64,000 nucleotides of DNA from positions 1,984,001 through 2,048,000 of the forward strand of contig OZ244742.1 in NCBI GenBank assembly GCA_965219415.1. Reading direction: 5' to 3'. Each line of letters starts with the position of its first letter. The stretch's first letter is position 1. A model generated the notes under the pieces. That model made no database searches and was not told the DNA's origin. It worked only from the letters and a program-made list of their open reading frames with translations. Position numbers and translations under genes: made by a program. This document shows positions 51,471 to 61,707 of the stretch, piece after piece. Source of the DNA: Candidatus Marinacidobacterales bacterium. Lineage in GTDB: Bacteria > Acidobacteriota > Vicinamibacteria > Marinacidobacterales > DATDRI01.

Positions 51471-53779
51471 CGGCTATCTTGAACCACTATCGGCTCGACT
51501 CGCTTTTCGAAATCAAAGCCTGGGTAGCTCACCCGATGGTGGTAGATACCCATGAGCACGCGTAGGAAGCTCTGCGAGATCCCTTCCAGGTCACGCAGCG
51601 TCAGATCACATTCATCGAGCTGCCCGTCGAGGAAGATGTAGTCGATGATCTGACGAATAACGCCTTTGAGACGGGCGGGGCTCGGATCTTCGAGAGTTCT
51701 CGATGCCGCCTCCACCGCGTCAGCGACCATAATGATGCCGGCTTCTTTGGTCTGCGGCTTGGGTCCGGGGTAGCGAAACTCCGCCTCCCTCACTTCACCA
51801 AGCGCCGGATCGTGGCTTTCCTTCGCCTTTTCATAGAAGTACGTGATGAGCTTGGTACCATGATGTTGCGGGATGATATCGACGATCTCGGGCGGAAGAC
51901 TGATATCCTTCCCCATCTCAATGCCTTCCTTCACGTGGCTGGCAATAATGAGCGCACTCATCTGGGGGGAGAGTCGATCATGTCGATTGGCTCCTCCGTA
52001 CTGGTTTTCGACGAAATAGTCCACTTTACGAAGCTTGCCGATGTCGTGGTAGAGAGCGGCGGTACGGCAAAAGACGGCGTTTGCGCCAATCGACTCCGCC
52101 GCAGCCTCGGCTAGCGATCCAACCACGACGCTGTGGTGGTAAGTGCCCGGCGCCTCGAGAGCTAGCTGTCGCAACATCGGAATGTTGTTGTTCGAGAGCT
52201 CGAGGAGCTTGATGTCCGTCGTGCGGTCAAAAAGCGATTCGAGCGCCGGCAGCACGAACGAGACCACGATGGCGACTCCGGCGCCGCTAAGAAGTGCGCA
52301 GAGCAGATCGAAGCCAAAGGTGGCGGCCGGCGCGAAACGTTCGGTGAAAAGATCGATGGCGAGCACAATCACCAAGTTGACGCTGCCGACAAAGGCGCCG
52401 GTCTTGATGAGCGCCGTCCTTTGCTTGTATTGAACCATCCCCAAGATGGCTCCGAGGCAAGATAGAAGACTGAAGACACCGAGCTCCAGGTTCCCGGTCA
52501 TGAGTCCATGCGCAACGGAAAAAACTACCGACGCGACCAACGCGGTAGAAGCGTTTTCTAGGAGGGAAACGAGGACGGCTACCGCGGCGAGGGGAACCAG
52601 ATATTGGTAGGACGAGACGTTGTTGAACGGTGGCGTGACGATCCCCTCCCCCACCGTGCTGAATACGAAGAACAACACCCTCGCCAAAGCAAGCTGAAGG
52701 GTGATGACCAATCCAACCAGCGCAAAGCTCCGCCGCTTCCAGGAAAGAGCAGGTCGGGCGGGCCTCAAGAGCTGCCACAGGCAGTAGAACAAGATTGCCG
52801 AAAGGATGAAGGCCCCGACGACCCCCGCCAATTGCCATCTCTCGCCCGCAGCCTCGGAAAGAACTTCGAGCTGCCGCAACACGCCTTCATCGATCTCATC
52901 ACCCGCCCGAACGATGACCCGTCCTTTCCTAATGTGGAAGAAGACTGGCGCCACTTCCTCTCTGGCCATTCTTCGGAGCTCCTGGGTCTCCGCGAAATTG
53001 AAAGTCAGGGTTGGCTCAAGGAACGGTGCGCCTATTCGCGCAACTTTCTTCCGCAGCGCAGGCTCGAGGTCGGTAAGAAGGGCCGCCCGTTCCTCCAACT
53101 GTCGCTGCACATCATCAATCGTGAAAATCCGGGCAAAGTCCCGCACCAGAGTTCCGGTATCCGATATCTCGTCCCGGCGCGTGATCGGCCGACCCGCCGC
53201 GAGCAGCCGGTCTTTACTCTCGACGATCTCTCTTTGAAGCATGTTGGCAACGATGTCGCCTAGCGCTTGCTCGATCTCGGAGCTGAACTCATGCTCGAGC
53301 AAGAACGCGAAATCTGCCTCGGTCAACAGAACTTCGAAGATCGCTCGGACATCGCTCAACAGTGCCGAAAGCACCGCTTCATCGGTGGGCTTTTCCTCTT
53401 CGAGCCCCCGACCTAACTCGAAGCCGGCTGCAATTTTCGTTCTCGCAGAAAAGGCGGCTCGGTTATTGAAGTCGTAGACTTCGGACACTTCCGCCTCGGC
53501 CTCGTCGCGGCGGGCGACGGTTGTATCCTTGTCTTCGTAGCTGAAATCGTACGGCGCCTTCAGATCGACTGTGGCAATCGCCCCTAGCTCGTAGCGGGGA
53601 GGCCGGAAACTGAGACCAGGAGCGATGAGGAGGGTAAGCAAAATGCTGAACAACAAGCCCCACAGCAAGGGTGAAGAGAAAACGAGTTCCATTAACTCGC
53701 GGCGGCGGAACCGACCCCTCGGGCGGCGAATCTCTTTCTTGGGACCGTTCTCGCCGTTCTTAGGGTTCAGAGCAGGCAC
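51467..53779 (-). CDS. 7TM-HD phosphohydrolase (PgpH/YqfF-like, putative cyclic dinucleotide phosphodiesterase)
   Basis: Extracellular domain, multiple TMs, [18 protein letters not shown] and ADAVEAA motifs; GTG at 53779 next to the phoH stop. Confidence 0.92.
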   Translation of the reverse strand: MPALNPKNGENGPKKEIRRPRGRFRRRELMELVFSSPLLWGLLFSILLTLLIAPGLSFRPPRYELGAIATVDLKAPYDFSYEDKDTTVARRDEAEAEVSEVYDFNNRAAFSARTKIAAGFELGRGLEEEKPTDEAVLSALLSDVRAIFEVLLTEADFAFLLEHEFSSEIEQALGDIVANMLQREIVESKDRLLAAGRPITRRDEISDTGTLVRDFARIFTIDDVQRQLEERAALLTDLEPALRKKVARIGAPFLEPTLTFNFAETQELRRMAREEVAPVFFHIRKGRVIVRAGDEIDEGVLRQLEVLSEAAGERWQLAGVVGAFILSAILFYCLWQLLRPARPALSWKRRSFALVGLVITLQLALARVLFFVFSTVGEGIVTPPFNNVSSYQYLVPLAAVAVLVSLLENASTALVASVVFSVAHGLMTGNLELGVFSLLSCLGAILGMVQYKQRTALIKTGAFVGSVNLVIVLAIDLFTERFAPAATFGFDLLCALLSGAGVAIVVSFVLPALESLFDRTTDIKLLELSNNNIPMLRQLALEAPGTYHHSVVVGSLAEAAAESIGANAVFCRTAALYHDIGKLRKVDYFVENQYGGANRHDRLSPQMSALIIASHVKEGIEMGKDISLPPEIVDIIPQHHGTKLITYFYEKAKESHDPALGEVREAEFRYPGPKPQTKEAGIIMVADAVEAASRTLEDPSPARLKGVIRQIIDYIFLDGQLDECDLTLRDLEGISQSFLRVLMGIYHHRVSYPGFDFEKRVEPIVVQDSR

Positions 53780-53780
53780 T

Positions 53781-54797
53781 CTATGAGTCCCCTTCTCGCC
53801 GCCTTGGATCTTCGACCGGCACCGGAGTGGGGCCGTTCGCCACTCGTTTGGTCCTACCGTTGGTGTGACGCTCGTAGGCCCGGATGATCGATTGAACCAA
53901 ACGGTGACGGATAACGTCGGTCTCGTCGAAGTAGGCGAAGACGATACCAGTGATGTCGGAAATGATATCGATGGACTCCACAAGCCCGCTGATCTTCCCC
54001 GACGGGAGATCGATTTGAGTGATATCGCCGGTCACGACCGCTTTGGAGCCGAACCCGATGCGAGTCAAGAACATCTTCATCTGTTCCGACGTCGTGTTTT
54101 GTGCTTCGTCCAAAATAATAAAAGAATCGTTGAGCGTACGGCCTCGCATGAAGGCGATGGGCGCAATCTCGATGGACCCCCGCTCGATCAGGCGCAGAAC
54201 GCGCTCGGCATCCATGAGATCGTAGAGGGCGTCGTAGAGAGGTCGTAGGTACGGATTGATCTTCTCCTGGATATCTCCGGGGAGGAAACCCAGCCTCTCT
54301 CCGGCCTCCACGGCCGGGCGCGCAAGAATGATTCGGTTGACCCGCTTCTCGTTGAACGCGGCGACGGCCATCGCGACGGCGAGATAGGTCTTGCCAGTTC
54401 CGGCCGGCCCGATACCCATGACGATGTCATTCGATTCAATAGCCTGCAGGTATCGAAGTTGGTGGGAACTTCGCGGGACAACGGTCTTCTTCGTCGAGGG
54501 GTGAGCGATTCTGCTACCGAAAAACTCGCGGAGAGAAACTCGCGGATCTTCCTTTATCAATCTGACCGCAAATCGGAGGTCGGCCGGGGAGACCTTGTGG
54601 CCTTCTTCGATCAAACCCGAAAACTGCGTGAAGATGTTCTCTACGAGCTCGACTTGGTCGGGCTCGCCATCAACCATGACCTCCTGTCCCCGAGTCACAA
54701 TCTTGACGTTCAGAGCGTTCTCGATGGATTTTAGGTTCTCGTCTTGAGTGCCAAAGAGTGCGAGGGTTCCCTCTACCGGGATGCTGATTTTTTTCAT
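53781..54797 (-). CDS. phoH: PhoH-family ATPase
   Basis: [26 protein letters not shown] and GDITQIDL motifs. Confidence 0.96.
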   Translation of the reverse strand: MKKISIPVEGTLALFGTQDENLKSIENALNVKIVTRGQEVMVDGEPDQVELVENIFTQFSGLIEEGHKVSPADLRFAVRLIKEDPRVSLREFFGSRIAHPSTKKTVVPRSSHQLRYLQAIESNDIVMGIGPAGTGKTYLAVAMAVAAFNEKRVNRIILARPAVEAGERLGFLPGDIQEKINPYLRPLYDALYDLMDAERVLRLIERGSIEIAPIAFMRGRTLNDSFIILDEAQNTTSEQMKMFLTRIGFGSKAVVTGDITQIDLPSGKISGLVESIDIISDITGIVFAYFDETDVIRHRLVQSIIRAYERHTNGRTKRVANGPTPVPVEDPRRREGDS

Positions 54798-54992
54798 AGA
54801 GTGAGCGGCGTTACCCCCTTGCGGAATACTCTTTTAGGGACGGGGCTGCCTCCCGTCTAGACGGCACGATTCTTTCTCTAATTAGGCTAAATTAGGCAAT
54901 GGGAAAAATTCGAGTGCCGGGGACTGGTGGAAAGAAGGGGCCAGGACGGGACGACAAAGAGCCTGAACAAGCTGAATCATCTCCTGAAAAGG

Positions 54993-55022
54993 ATGCTAGC
55001 ACGGGCCTCTAAACCCCGTCAA
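54993..55022 (-). promoter_or_regulatory. possible sigma70 promoter of the phoH operon
   Basis: TTGACG-N18-TAGCAT with extended TG, about 190 nt upstream of phoH. Confidence 0.45.
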
Positions 55023-55136
55023 ATAGTGACGCCTGGCCAAGTCGCCTCGTGGCAACCAACTATTTTGGCGTCCGCAAGTGGAGATCTCGGCGGTTCATTT
55101 CAGGGCGGCTCTCTACGCTCAACGGGATTCAGCCCT

Positions 55137-57239
55137 TTAGGCCTTATAGATGTTACACATGAGCCCTTTGAGGTTGGTGGCCCCCATCCCGGGGTCGAGG
55201 GGTGGCCCGTCCATCGTCAGGACATTAATATTGGATACCTTCCAGCCGTAGTCGGGAGGCCCAGCCTCCGGATACCACCACCCGTACTCCGCGCTAACGA
55301 CTCGCGGATGAATGCCGTCGAAAAGCTTCGCCCGGAACTTGACCTTACCTCTCGAAGTTTCGATGTATACCCAGTCCCCATCGCCGATGTTCCTTTCGCC
55401 GGCCGCGTCGGGGTGGATCTCCACCAGCGGGTCTCGATGCTTCCTCCTCAAGTACTCGGACTGCCGATGCTCCGACCCGAAGAACTCGAAGATGCGGTGT
55501 CCGGTGGTGAGTACTAGCGGGTACTGCGAAACGAATTTCGCTTCAGCGTTTGGGCTTTCGGGAGGCTCTACGTAGCCCGGCAACGGGTCATAGCCCCACT
55601 CCTCGTATTGCTCGAGATAGAGCTCCAGTTTCCCAGAGCTCGTCCGAAAGCCGTCTCGCTCATACTTCTTATATGTCATCGGTGCTTCGAGATAGGGCAT
55701 TTGTTTGAACTGCTTCCACGTGAGACCGGCGGGCTCGAGGATGTAGTCGAACGAGCCTTCCACGTCTTCCCAAAAGTACTCTTCGAAGCCCAGCTTCTTT
55801 CCCAACTCATTCAGAATCTTGTGATCGGACCAGGCTTCACCTCGTGGCTCCACCACCTTGTTGCGAGGGAAGACATGACCGTGGATCTTCCAATAGTCCG
55901 CGATGTTGTCGTGCTCCAGCCAAGTCGCGGCGGGAAGCACGATGTCGGCGAGCTCGGTCGTGGGAGTCCTGAAGATATCGGTGGCGACGAAGAACTCCAC
56001 CTTTTGTAGGGCATCATAGACACGGTACGCGTTTTCCCTCGCCGTCAGGAGATTGCTGGCAAACATGACCAGAGCGCGAACTCTGTACGGTTGTTCTTCG
56101 AGAATGGCATCCCAGACCGCATGAGGCGTAATCCGGCTGATGTAGGCGCCGAGCTTGTAGCGGTCGCCGCCCAACATCTTGGCTCTTTGCGCCTCGGGGA
56201 GTTTGTCGAAGAAGGAAAAAGTGGCCCGGGGGAGAACCGGAGGCAGGCCGAATATGGCGTTGCCACCGGGGACGTCCAAGTTGCCGGTGAGCGCGACCAT
56301 ATAGAGAAGCGCCCGATCGGCGTCGACGCAATTGATGTTCTGCTCGATCCCAACGCCCCATTGAAGCGCTGCCGGCTTGGTCGTGGCGTAGAGTCGCGCC
56401 GCCTCGATGATCTTCGATGACGGGACCCACGTGATCCGCTCCACTTCCTCCGGCGGGAACTTCTCGACCCGCTTCGAAAGCTCTTCGAAACCCACGGTGT
56501 ACTTCTCGACGAACTCCCGGTCGTATAGACCCTCCTTGAGGATGACGTGGAGCATGCCGAGAGCCAGTGCCGAATCGGTAGCGGGGCGAATTTGAAGCCA
56601 GAGATCCGCGCGCTCCGCCAAACTGTTTCGTCGGGGATCGACCACGATGAGCTTGGCGCCCTTGGCCAACGTTTTGGCCATGTTGATCGCCTTGTTCTCG
56701 TCAGGGTTCGAGATCAAATGGTTGCTTCCCCACGCGAGCACGCACTGGGGATCCCCGCCATAGTCGCAAAGCGGGAGCTCCATCCCCATGAGGCGCGATA
56801 TCGCGACCCGCGGGATGTAGCACATGTGGCCGGGAGACATGATGTTCGGGGTCCCGTAGAGATTGGCCAAACGATAGAGAAAACGGTGGAAGTCCCGCCC
56901 GGTACCATGCCCGAAGACGGCGGCCTCAGCGCCGGACTCGGTCTTGACCTGTCCGAGTTTCTCGGCGATACTCGTGAGGGCTTCGTCCCAGGAGATACGC
57001 TCCCACTCCCCTTCTCCCCTGGCACCGGCTCGCTTCATCGGGTGAAGCAGTCGGTCCGGGTGTTCCTGAAGCTCGAAGGACGCGTACGCCTTGCTGCATG
57101 TATAGCCCTTGCTGATGGGATGCTCCCAATCGGGCTCGAGCCCCACCGCCTTTCCGTCGTGGACCTTTACGTAGACCCCGCATCCACCGTGGCCGCAGGA
57201 TCGGCAAACCGTGCGTACTCTCGAAGAGCCCTTTTGCAT
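55137..57239 (-). CDS. molybdo/tungsto-bis-PGD oxidoreductase, acetylene-hydratase-like clade
   Basis: N-terminal CRSCGHGGC...C [4Fe-4S] motif, ISWDEAL, GHMC, DIVLPAA and YDPLP; no Tat signal; start set at ATG 57239. Confidence 0.9.
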   Translation of the reverse strand: MQKGSSRVRTVCRSCGHGGCGVYVKVHDGKAVGLEPDWEHPISKGYTCSKAYASFELQEHPDRLLHPMKRAGARGEGEWERISWDEALTSIAEKLGQVKTESGAEAAVFGHGTGRDFHRFLYRLANLYGTPNIMSPGHMCYIPRVAISRLMGMELPLCDYGGDPQCVLAWGSNHLISNPDENKAINMAKTLAKGAKLIVVDPRRNSLAERADLWLQIRPATDSALALGMLHVILKEGLYDREFVEKYTVGFEELSKRVEKFPPEEVERITWVPSSKIIEAARLYATTKPAALQWGVGIEQNINCVDADRALLYMVALTGNLDVPGGNAIFGLPPVLPRATFSFFDKLPEAQRAKMLGGDRYKLGAYISRITPHAVWDAILEEQPYRVRALVMFASNLLTARENAYRVYDALQKVEFFVATDIFRTPTTELADIVLPAATWLEHDNIADYWKIHGHVFPRNKVVEPRGEAWSDHKILNELGKKLGFEEYFWEDVEGSFDYILEPAGLTWKQFKQMPYLEAPMTYKKYERDGFRTSSGKLELYLEQYEEWGYDPLPGYVEPPESPNAEAKFVSQYPLVLTTGHRIFEFFGSEHRQSEYLRRKHRDPLVEIHPDAAGERNIGDGDWVYIETSRGKVKFRAKLFDGIHPRVVSAEYGWWYPEAGPPDYGWKVSNINVLTMDGPPLDPGMGATNLKGLMCNIYKA

Positions 57240-57256
57240 GGATGTCGCAGGTGTTC

Positions 57257-58762
57257 TCACTTTTTCTCTCGCTCGCCTGTTGAGCTTGATGCCCCCTGAC
57301 CGATGTAGCCGAGCGCTTCCAATCGGCGTCGGGTCTCTTCGTCGAGCTGCAACTCGTTCTCGGTGTACGATTCCATCGCCGACGACTCGCAGCCAGCCAG
57401 CCAGGATTGGGCGAAGTGTAGCATGTCCCCAACGAGCTCTGGCTCGGCCGCGCTCATGTCTTCGCTCTCCCCCGAATCGCGCCCCAGATCGTATAGCTCG
57501 AGGGATTCGGTCTCCGCGTTCCAGATGCCTTTCCATTCTCCCTGCCGAATCACTACATTGAGATCCCCTCGATTCTCCTTGTGAGGTCGGTAGAACTTTT
57601 TCCTGTTGGCCCGCATCGCGGTCACGCGCATCAGATTCTCGTCGGCCTGACCTTCGATCCAAGGGAGGAGGCTCCGTCCTCGAAAACCGGCTGTCAGCTC
57701 GGTAGCGCCCAAGTAGTCGACGATGGTGGGCGCGACGTCCAGCAACGTTACAGGATGAGTCACGCGCGTGCCGGCGAACTCGTTGCGAGGAAAACGAATG
57801 ACCAGCGGCACGCGAATGAGCTCTTGGTAGACGGATTGATCGTGCTGCCAACTTCCGTGCTCACCCAGTTCTTCACCATGGTCGGCGAGCAGAACGAAAA
57901 GCGTGTTATCCCAGACACCGGCTTCCTCTAGAGCTCGGACGATGGCTCCCAATCGGTCGTCGGCCTCGGCTACGGTGGCGTCATAGAGCACGTTGATTCG
58001 AGATCCGAGCGTCGACAAGCGGCGACCGAGCTCGTCCTGCTTGGCGGCGTTATCGACCGTGCCGCGTGCCTGCTTCTCGTCGTAGTCGATGCGCGTCAGG
58101 CGACGGTAGAGTCGATACGCCTTCTCCACCTCCTGGCGAGTCTCCCGCGAAGCTTCCCCGAATCGTTCGACGAAGGCTGGCTCGGCCCGATAAGGATTGT
58201 GAGGCTCGGTGTTGTGAATGTAGAGAAAGAAGGGCTCGACCGGTTCGGCATCGAATGTGCTTAGCCAGTCATTCACGACCTCGTCGTCCACCTGCGTATC
58301 CATGGCGCGAGCCACGTCATAGCCTCGCTCGAGGCCGCTCAAAGCCCCCGCGTAGGGGTTGGCAAAGAAAGACGCGGTGTTGTAGCCCGCCTGATGAAGT
58401 CTCATCGGTAAGGTGCGCGCCGTCGCCGCCACCTTGTCTCCATCGATTAGTACGTTGTGCTCACAAGGCAAGGCGGAGAGAAGGAGAGAAACAACGGAAG
58501 GAAGCGTCCAAGGCGCTGGCGCACTCGCGTCCTCGAAGAGAACGCCGTCCGCAACGAGGGAGTCGATGTACGGAGAGGTGGGCTTGGTGTAGCCGTAGGC
58601 ACCGATACGATCCGCACGCAGCGTGTCGATCAAGAAGATGACGACGTTCGGAGTACGAGCGAGGGTGGTGGTTCGGTCTGGCGGGGCATCATAGGGCCCG
58701 CATGCAATTGTGAGCGGCAAGATGCCAAAAGCCACCGCTAGTCCGAAGAATCGTCTCCCCAT
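57257..58762 (-). CDS. sulfatase-like (alkaline phosphatase superfamily) lipoprotein
   Basis: IDTLRAD, PWTLPS, EPHNPY, ADHGEE, ELYDL and LEALGY motifs; lipobox TIAC. Confidence 0.9.
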   Translation of the reverse strand: MGRRFFGLAVAFGILPLTIACGPYDAPPDRTTTLARTPNVVIFLIDTLRADRIGAYGYTKPTSPYIDSLVADGVLFEDASAPAPWTLPSVVSLLLSALPCEHNVLIDGDKVAATARTLPMRLHQAGYNTASFFANPYAGALSGLERGYDVARAMDTQVDDEVVNDWLSTFDAEPVEPFFLYIHNTEPHNPYRAEPAFVERFGEASRETRQEVEKAYRLYRRLTRIDYDEKQARGTVDNAAKQDELGRRLSTLGSRINVLYDATVAEADDRLGAIVRALEEAGVWDNTLFVLLADHGEELGEHGSWQHDQSVYQELIRVPLVIRFPRNEFAGTRVTHPVTLLDVAPTIVDYLGATELTAGFRGRSLLPWIEGQADENLMRVTAMRANRKKFYRPHKENRGDLNVVIRQGEWKGIWNAETESLELYDLGRDSGESEDMSAAEPELVGDMLHFAQSWLAGCESSAMESYTENELQLDEETRRRLEALGYIGQGASSSTGEREKK

Positions 58763-58938
58763 CCGGTATCCGCGGTCAGTCTACACGCCAAGCGTAGGGC
58801 GTTCAACTGGAAACAGAAAGGAGGCTCACGCCGCCCGGAAGTGGAGCAGCGAGATCACTTCGTGTTGACCATAGCTGTTACTTTTGGCTACTCGGAACGT
58901 GAGCAAAAAACTCACCCCCTGGCGGAGGCTGCCGGGCG

Positions 58939-60108
58939 CTAGAAAACGGCTCGGGGTGCGGCGCCGTCCTTGGTTTCGAGTTGCACGGCAGCACGAAGGG
59001 CCGGCGATTGTTGAACTCTGTCCGGAAAGAGTGGAAACGACGGCTTCGGTTCACCGACCCGGTCGGCGGAACGGCGGTACCGCTCCATCTTGTCTTTGCC
59101 GTAGTCCATCTCCGCCATGTAGAGATTGTGCGGACGACACAAGAGTCTGACATTGTTGGCACTTCGATCGCCGCCGAGCCCGTGGGGATCGTCGTGATGG
59201 AACTGCAGCCCTAGGCGCTCGGGACATCGTCTACCGTCGCCGCTCTCAAACGTGCATTGACCCTGGTCTCGCTTCCACACGAAACGCCTCACCGGAGCGG
59301 GGATTCCCCGCACTCCCGGGGACGTGTCGGCTTCTTCGAGTCTCTTTCTCGGATTCTTGACTTTGCCGAGGCGCTTGGCCTCGAGCCGTTCGAGCTTCTC
59401 CGTCACCGACGCTTCTAGCATGGAAGTGAGGTCGACACCCGGCATGAGCGCCGCGAGCCGTTGGAGCTTGTCGTGAAGCTCGGCGCTCGCCGTGAACTGC
59501 ACGCGGTACCGCGCTGGCGCCAGCGGCTCGACGACCGGCGGCTTGTCAGCCGCTTGGGGAGCCGGGGCGGGGGCAGGTTCAGGGGCTGGACTCTTTCCGG
59601 ACGGAGTAGTTTCGGCACGGGACGTACGTTGTTCGCTTTCCGGCTTCTGTCGCCGCTTCGGAAGCTTCCGGATGGAGGGCGAGACATCCGGCTTCGGCGC
59701 AATCTCCGCCACCAACACCAGGAGCTCACGCTTGGACTTGTGGGTTGCTCGAGCCAGAAGCTCCTCGCAATTGGTGTCGGTAAGATGCGGCGCTAGCACC
59801 GCGATGCCGCTCAAGTGAAGACGCCCATCGTCGAGCATCGTCAGCAGCGCCGGATGCCGGCGCGACGCCCGTGCCGCTGCTATGCGTAGGTAGGCTTCTG
59901 CCTCGGACAAGTGCAACACGTCGACGCAATACTGAAACATCGATGACGATGCTTCACGGGCATACAGTCGGCGTGCATCGACTTCGGCGATATGCGCAAC
60001 GAGAACCGACTCGACACGCCGCGACTGTTTCAAAACGTTCGACAGTCGAACAAGAAGCTCGTCATCCGACAGTCGGGAAAGTGATTTCAATTCGTCTTTT
60101 TTGTTCAT
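58939..60108 (-). CDS. DUF222-like/HNH endonuclease
   Basis: N-terminal LVAHIAEVDARRLY...SMFQYC...AYLRIAAAR domain, Pro-rich linker, then RDQGQC...C...FHH...GG...N...LCRPHN. Confidence 0.88.
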   Translation of the reverse strand: MNKKDELKSLSRLSDDELLVRLSNVLKQSRRVESVLVAHIAEVDARRLYAREASSSMFQYCVDVLHLSEAEAYLRIAAARASRRHPALLTMLDDGRLHLSGIAVLAPHLTDTNCEELLARATHKSKRELLVLVAEIAPKPDVSPSIRKLPKRRQKPESEQRTSRAETTPSGKSPAPEPAPAPAPQAADKPPVVEPLAPARYRVQFTASAELHDKLQRLAALMPGVDLTSMLEASVTEKLERLEAKRLGKVKNPRKRLEEADTSPGVRGIPAPVRRFVWKRDQGQCTFESGDGRRCPERLGLQFHHDDPHGLGGDRSANNVRLLCRPHNLYMAEMDYGKDKMERYRRSADRVGEPKPSFPLFPDRVQQSPALRAAVQLETKDGAAPRAVF

Positions 60109-60176
60109 ACGCCATTTATAGCATGGACTTTTTCGACGCTCTGTGCGCGCGGGTGTTGAACGCGAACGCATCGAGG

Positions 60177-60287
60177 GTCACCCGATGCACCGAAAATGAC
60201 CATGATGCAGGGGTCACCGGGACGATCACACATCGGGTCGTTCGCCGTACCTGCTGTCCGAGCCGAGGTTCTCGCCCGGCCTCTCAT
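60177..60287 (-). pseudogene. zwf: 5' remnant of glucose-6-phosphate dehydrogenase
   Basis: GGAGG RBS then ...RPGDPCIMVIFGASGD (the NADP-binding GASGDL motif), with sequence breaking off right after Asp. Confidence 0.75.
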
Positions 60288-60553
60288 GCCTCCGACGTCG
60301 CCTTTTCTCCTGACATGAGGTGAAGAATAGAGTCGATGGTTACCTCCCAAGCCCTCGCCAACTCGGGCGCGTACTTGTCGCCCAACACGTCCTGGATGGT
60401 GTCGAGCAAGGCGCGTCGCACGAGCGCATAATGTTCCCGAGAGACGCCGTAACTCGCGTGTTGACGGCCCAATGACTGAAGTCCTATTAGGAATGCCGGC
60501 ACAATTCGCACTCTACGGCTCCAAATACTCATCCGAGCCACCAAAAATTTCAA
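60284..60553 (-). pseudogene. C-terminal fragment of a globin domain
   Basis: LQSLGRQHASYGV..EHY..V..ALL.TI..VLG...PELARAW (proximal His F8 region); N-terminal helices missing. Confidence 0.75.
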
Positions 60554-60735
60554 GTGTCTCTGAGAGCGCGAACTTGCTTTTGCACCCCCGGTCCAACTAG
60601 CATTCCTTCCTCACTACAACGCCCCGATGCCACGACAGCCTGTCTCAGACGCCTTCGGCCGCAGGAGCGTACGGAAGGCTGCCGTCACCAACCTATGCCG
60701 CGCCCTCGCGCAAGACGTGCGGGACGAGTGAGCCG

Positions 60736-61632
60736 ATGACTCGCCGCACCGAGCAAATGGGCGTCCTGTTCGCTGATATTAGCGACAGCACCTACTTTTA
60801 CGAAACCTTCGGTGATGAACGCGCCCGACAGATCGTCCTAAACTGTCTAGACGTTGTCGCCGACGTGATCAACAGACACAGCGGCCAGGTCATCGATCGT
60901 ATTGGCGATGAGCTGATGTGTACGTTCCCCTCGGCCGACCAAGCGGCACGGGCAGCTGTCGAGATGCAGGAAGGGGTAAACGACGCGAGTTCCGCCCGGC
61001 TGCCCCACGAAATCTGCATTCGCATGGGCTTCCACTTCGGTCCGGTAGTGCTCGATGGAGACAGCATCTTTGGAGAGACCGTTTACATTGCCAAACGCGT
61101 CTCTCGTGTGGCGACGGGCCGGCAGATCATAACGACCGGTGAAACGTTGGACGCGCTGGCCGATGAAACTGACCACACATCCAAGTTCCTCGAGACGACG
61201 GCGCTAAGGGGGAAGAGCCAGAAGTTCGATCTTCACGAGATGCTCTGGAATGACCCGTCCGATACACTGCACGGTCCAGAGGGTGCCAAACCCGTGGTCA
61301 CCGAGAGCGAGCTCCATATAAGCCATGACGCCGCAAGAATCACTCTGACTGAGACCCGCCCCACTTTCTCTATCGGGCGGGACAATCGATGCGACCTAGT
61401 CGTGAACGACAAAGGCGTGTCTCGCCTGCACGCCCGTATCGAGTCTCGTAAAGGTTACTTCGTCCTCGTCGATCAGAGCAGCAACGGCACGTCGATCATC
61501 AACGACGACGGTGACATCGTTCGGGTTCACCGGGATGAGCTTCGGTTGAGTGGAAACGGCAAGATCGGAGTTGGCAAGAATCCGGACGCGATCATAACCT
61601 TTGAATGCCACACCAAGGTCCGCGAGGACTAA
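60736..61632 (+). CDS. class III nucleotidyl cyclase-FHA domain protein
   Basis: VLFADISDST, IGDE, IRMGFHFG motifs; FHA IGR...VSRLHA...DQSSNGT. Confidence 0.9.
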   Translation: MTRRTEQMGVLFADISDSTYFYETFGDERARQIVLNCLDVVADVINRHSGQVIDRIGDELMCTFPSADQAARAAVEMQEGVNDASSARLPHEICIRMGFHFGPVVLDGDSIFGETVYIAKRVSRVATGRQIITTGETLDALADETDHTSKFLETTALRGKSQKFDLHEMLWNDPSDTLHGPEGAKPVVTESELHISHDAARITLTETRPTFSIGRDNRCDLVVNDKGVSRLHARIESRKGYFVLVDQSSNGTSIINDDGDIVRVHRDELRLSGNGKIGVGKNPDAIITFECHTKVRED

Positions 61633-61707
61633 TAGCTAGAACAACTCTAAATGCCGATGCAAGACGGGCGTTTGCATTCCTGACCGCACGCGGGTAATAG
61701 ACTCGCC

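Noticed and set aside
53780-53983. N-terminal extensions of the 7TM-HD protein (and similarly recO 39386-39448 and PaaI 6067-6297)
   Set aside because: They overlap upstream genes, and better starts lie next to the upstream stop codons.
54882-54980. 32-aa leader ORF and AATTAGGC direct repeat upstream of phoH
   Set aside because: The RBS abuts the ATG and the peptide has no telling composition; insufficient support.
57240-57851. 200-aa N-terminal extension of the molybdoenzyme in the ORF track
   Set aside because: It overlaps the sulfatase-like gene in another frame and has Arg-rich shadow composition; the family start matches ATG 57239.
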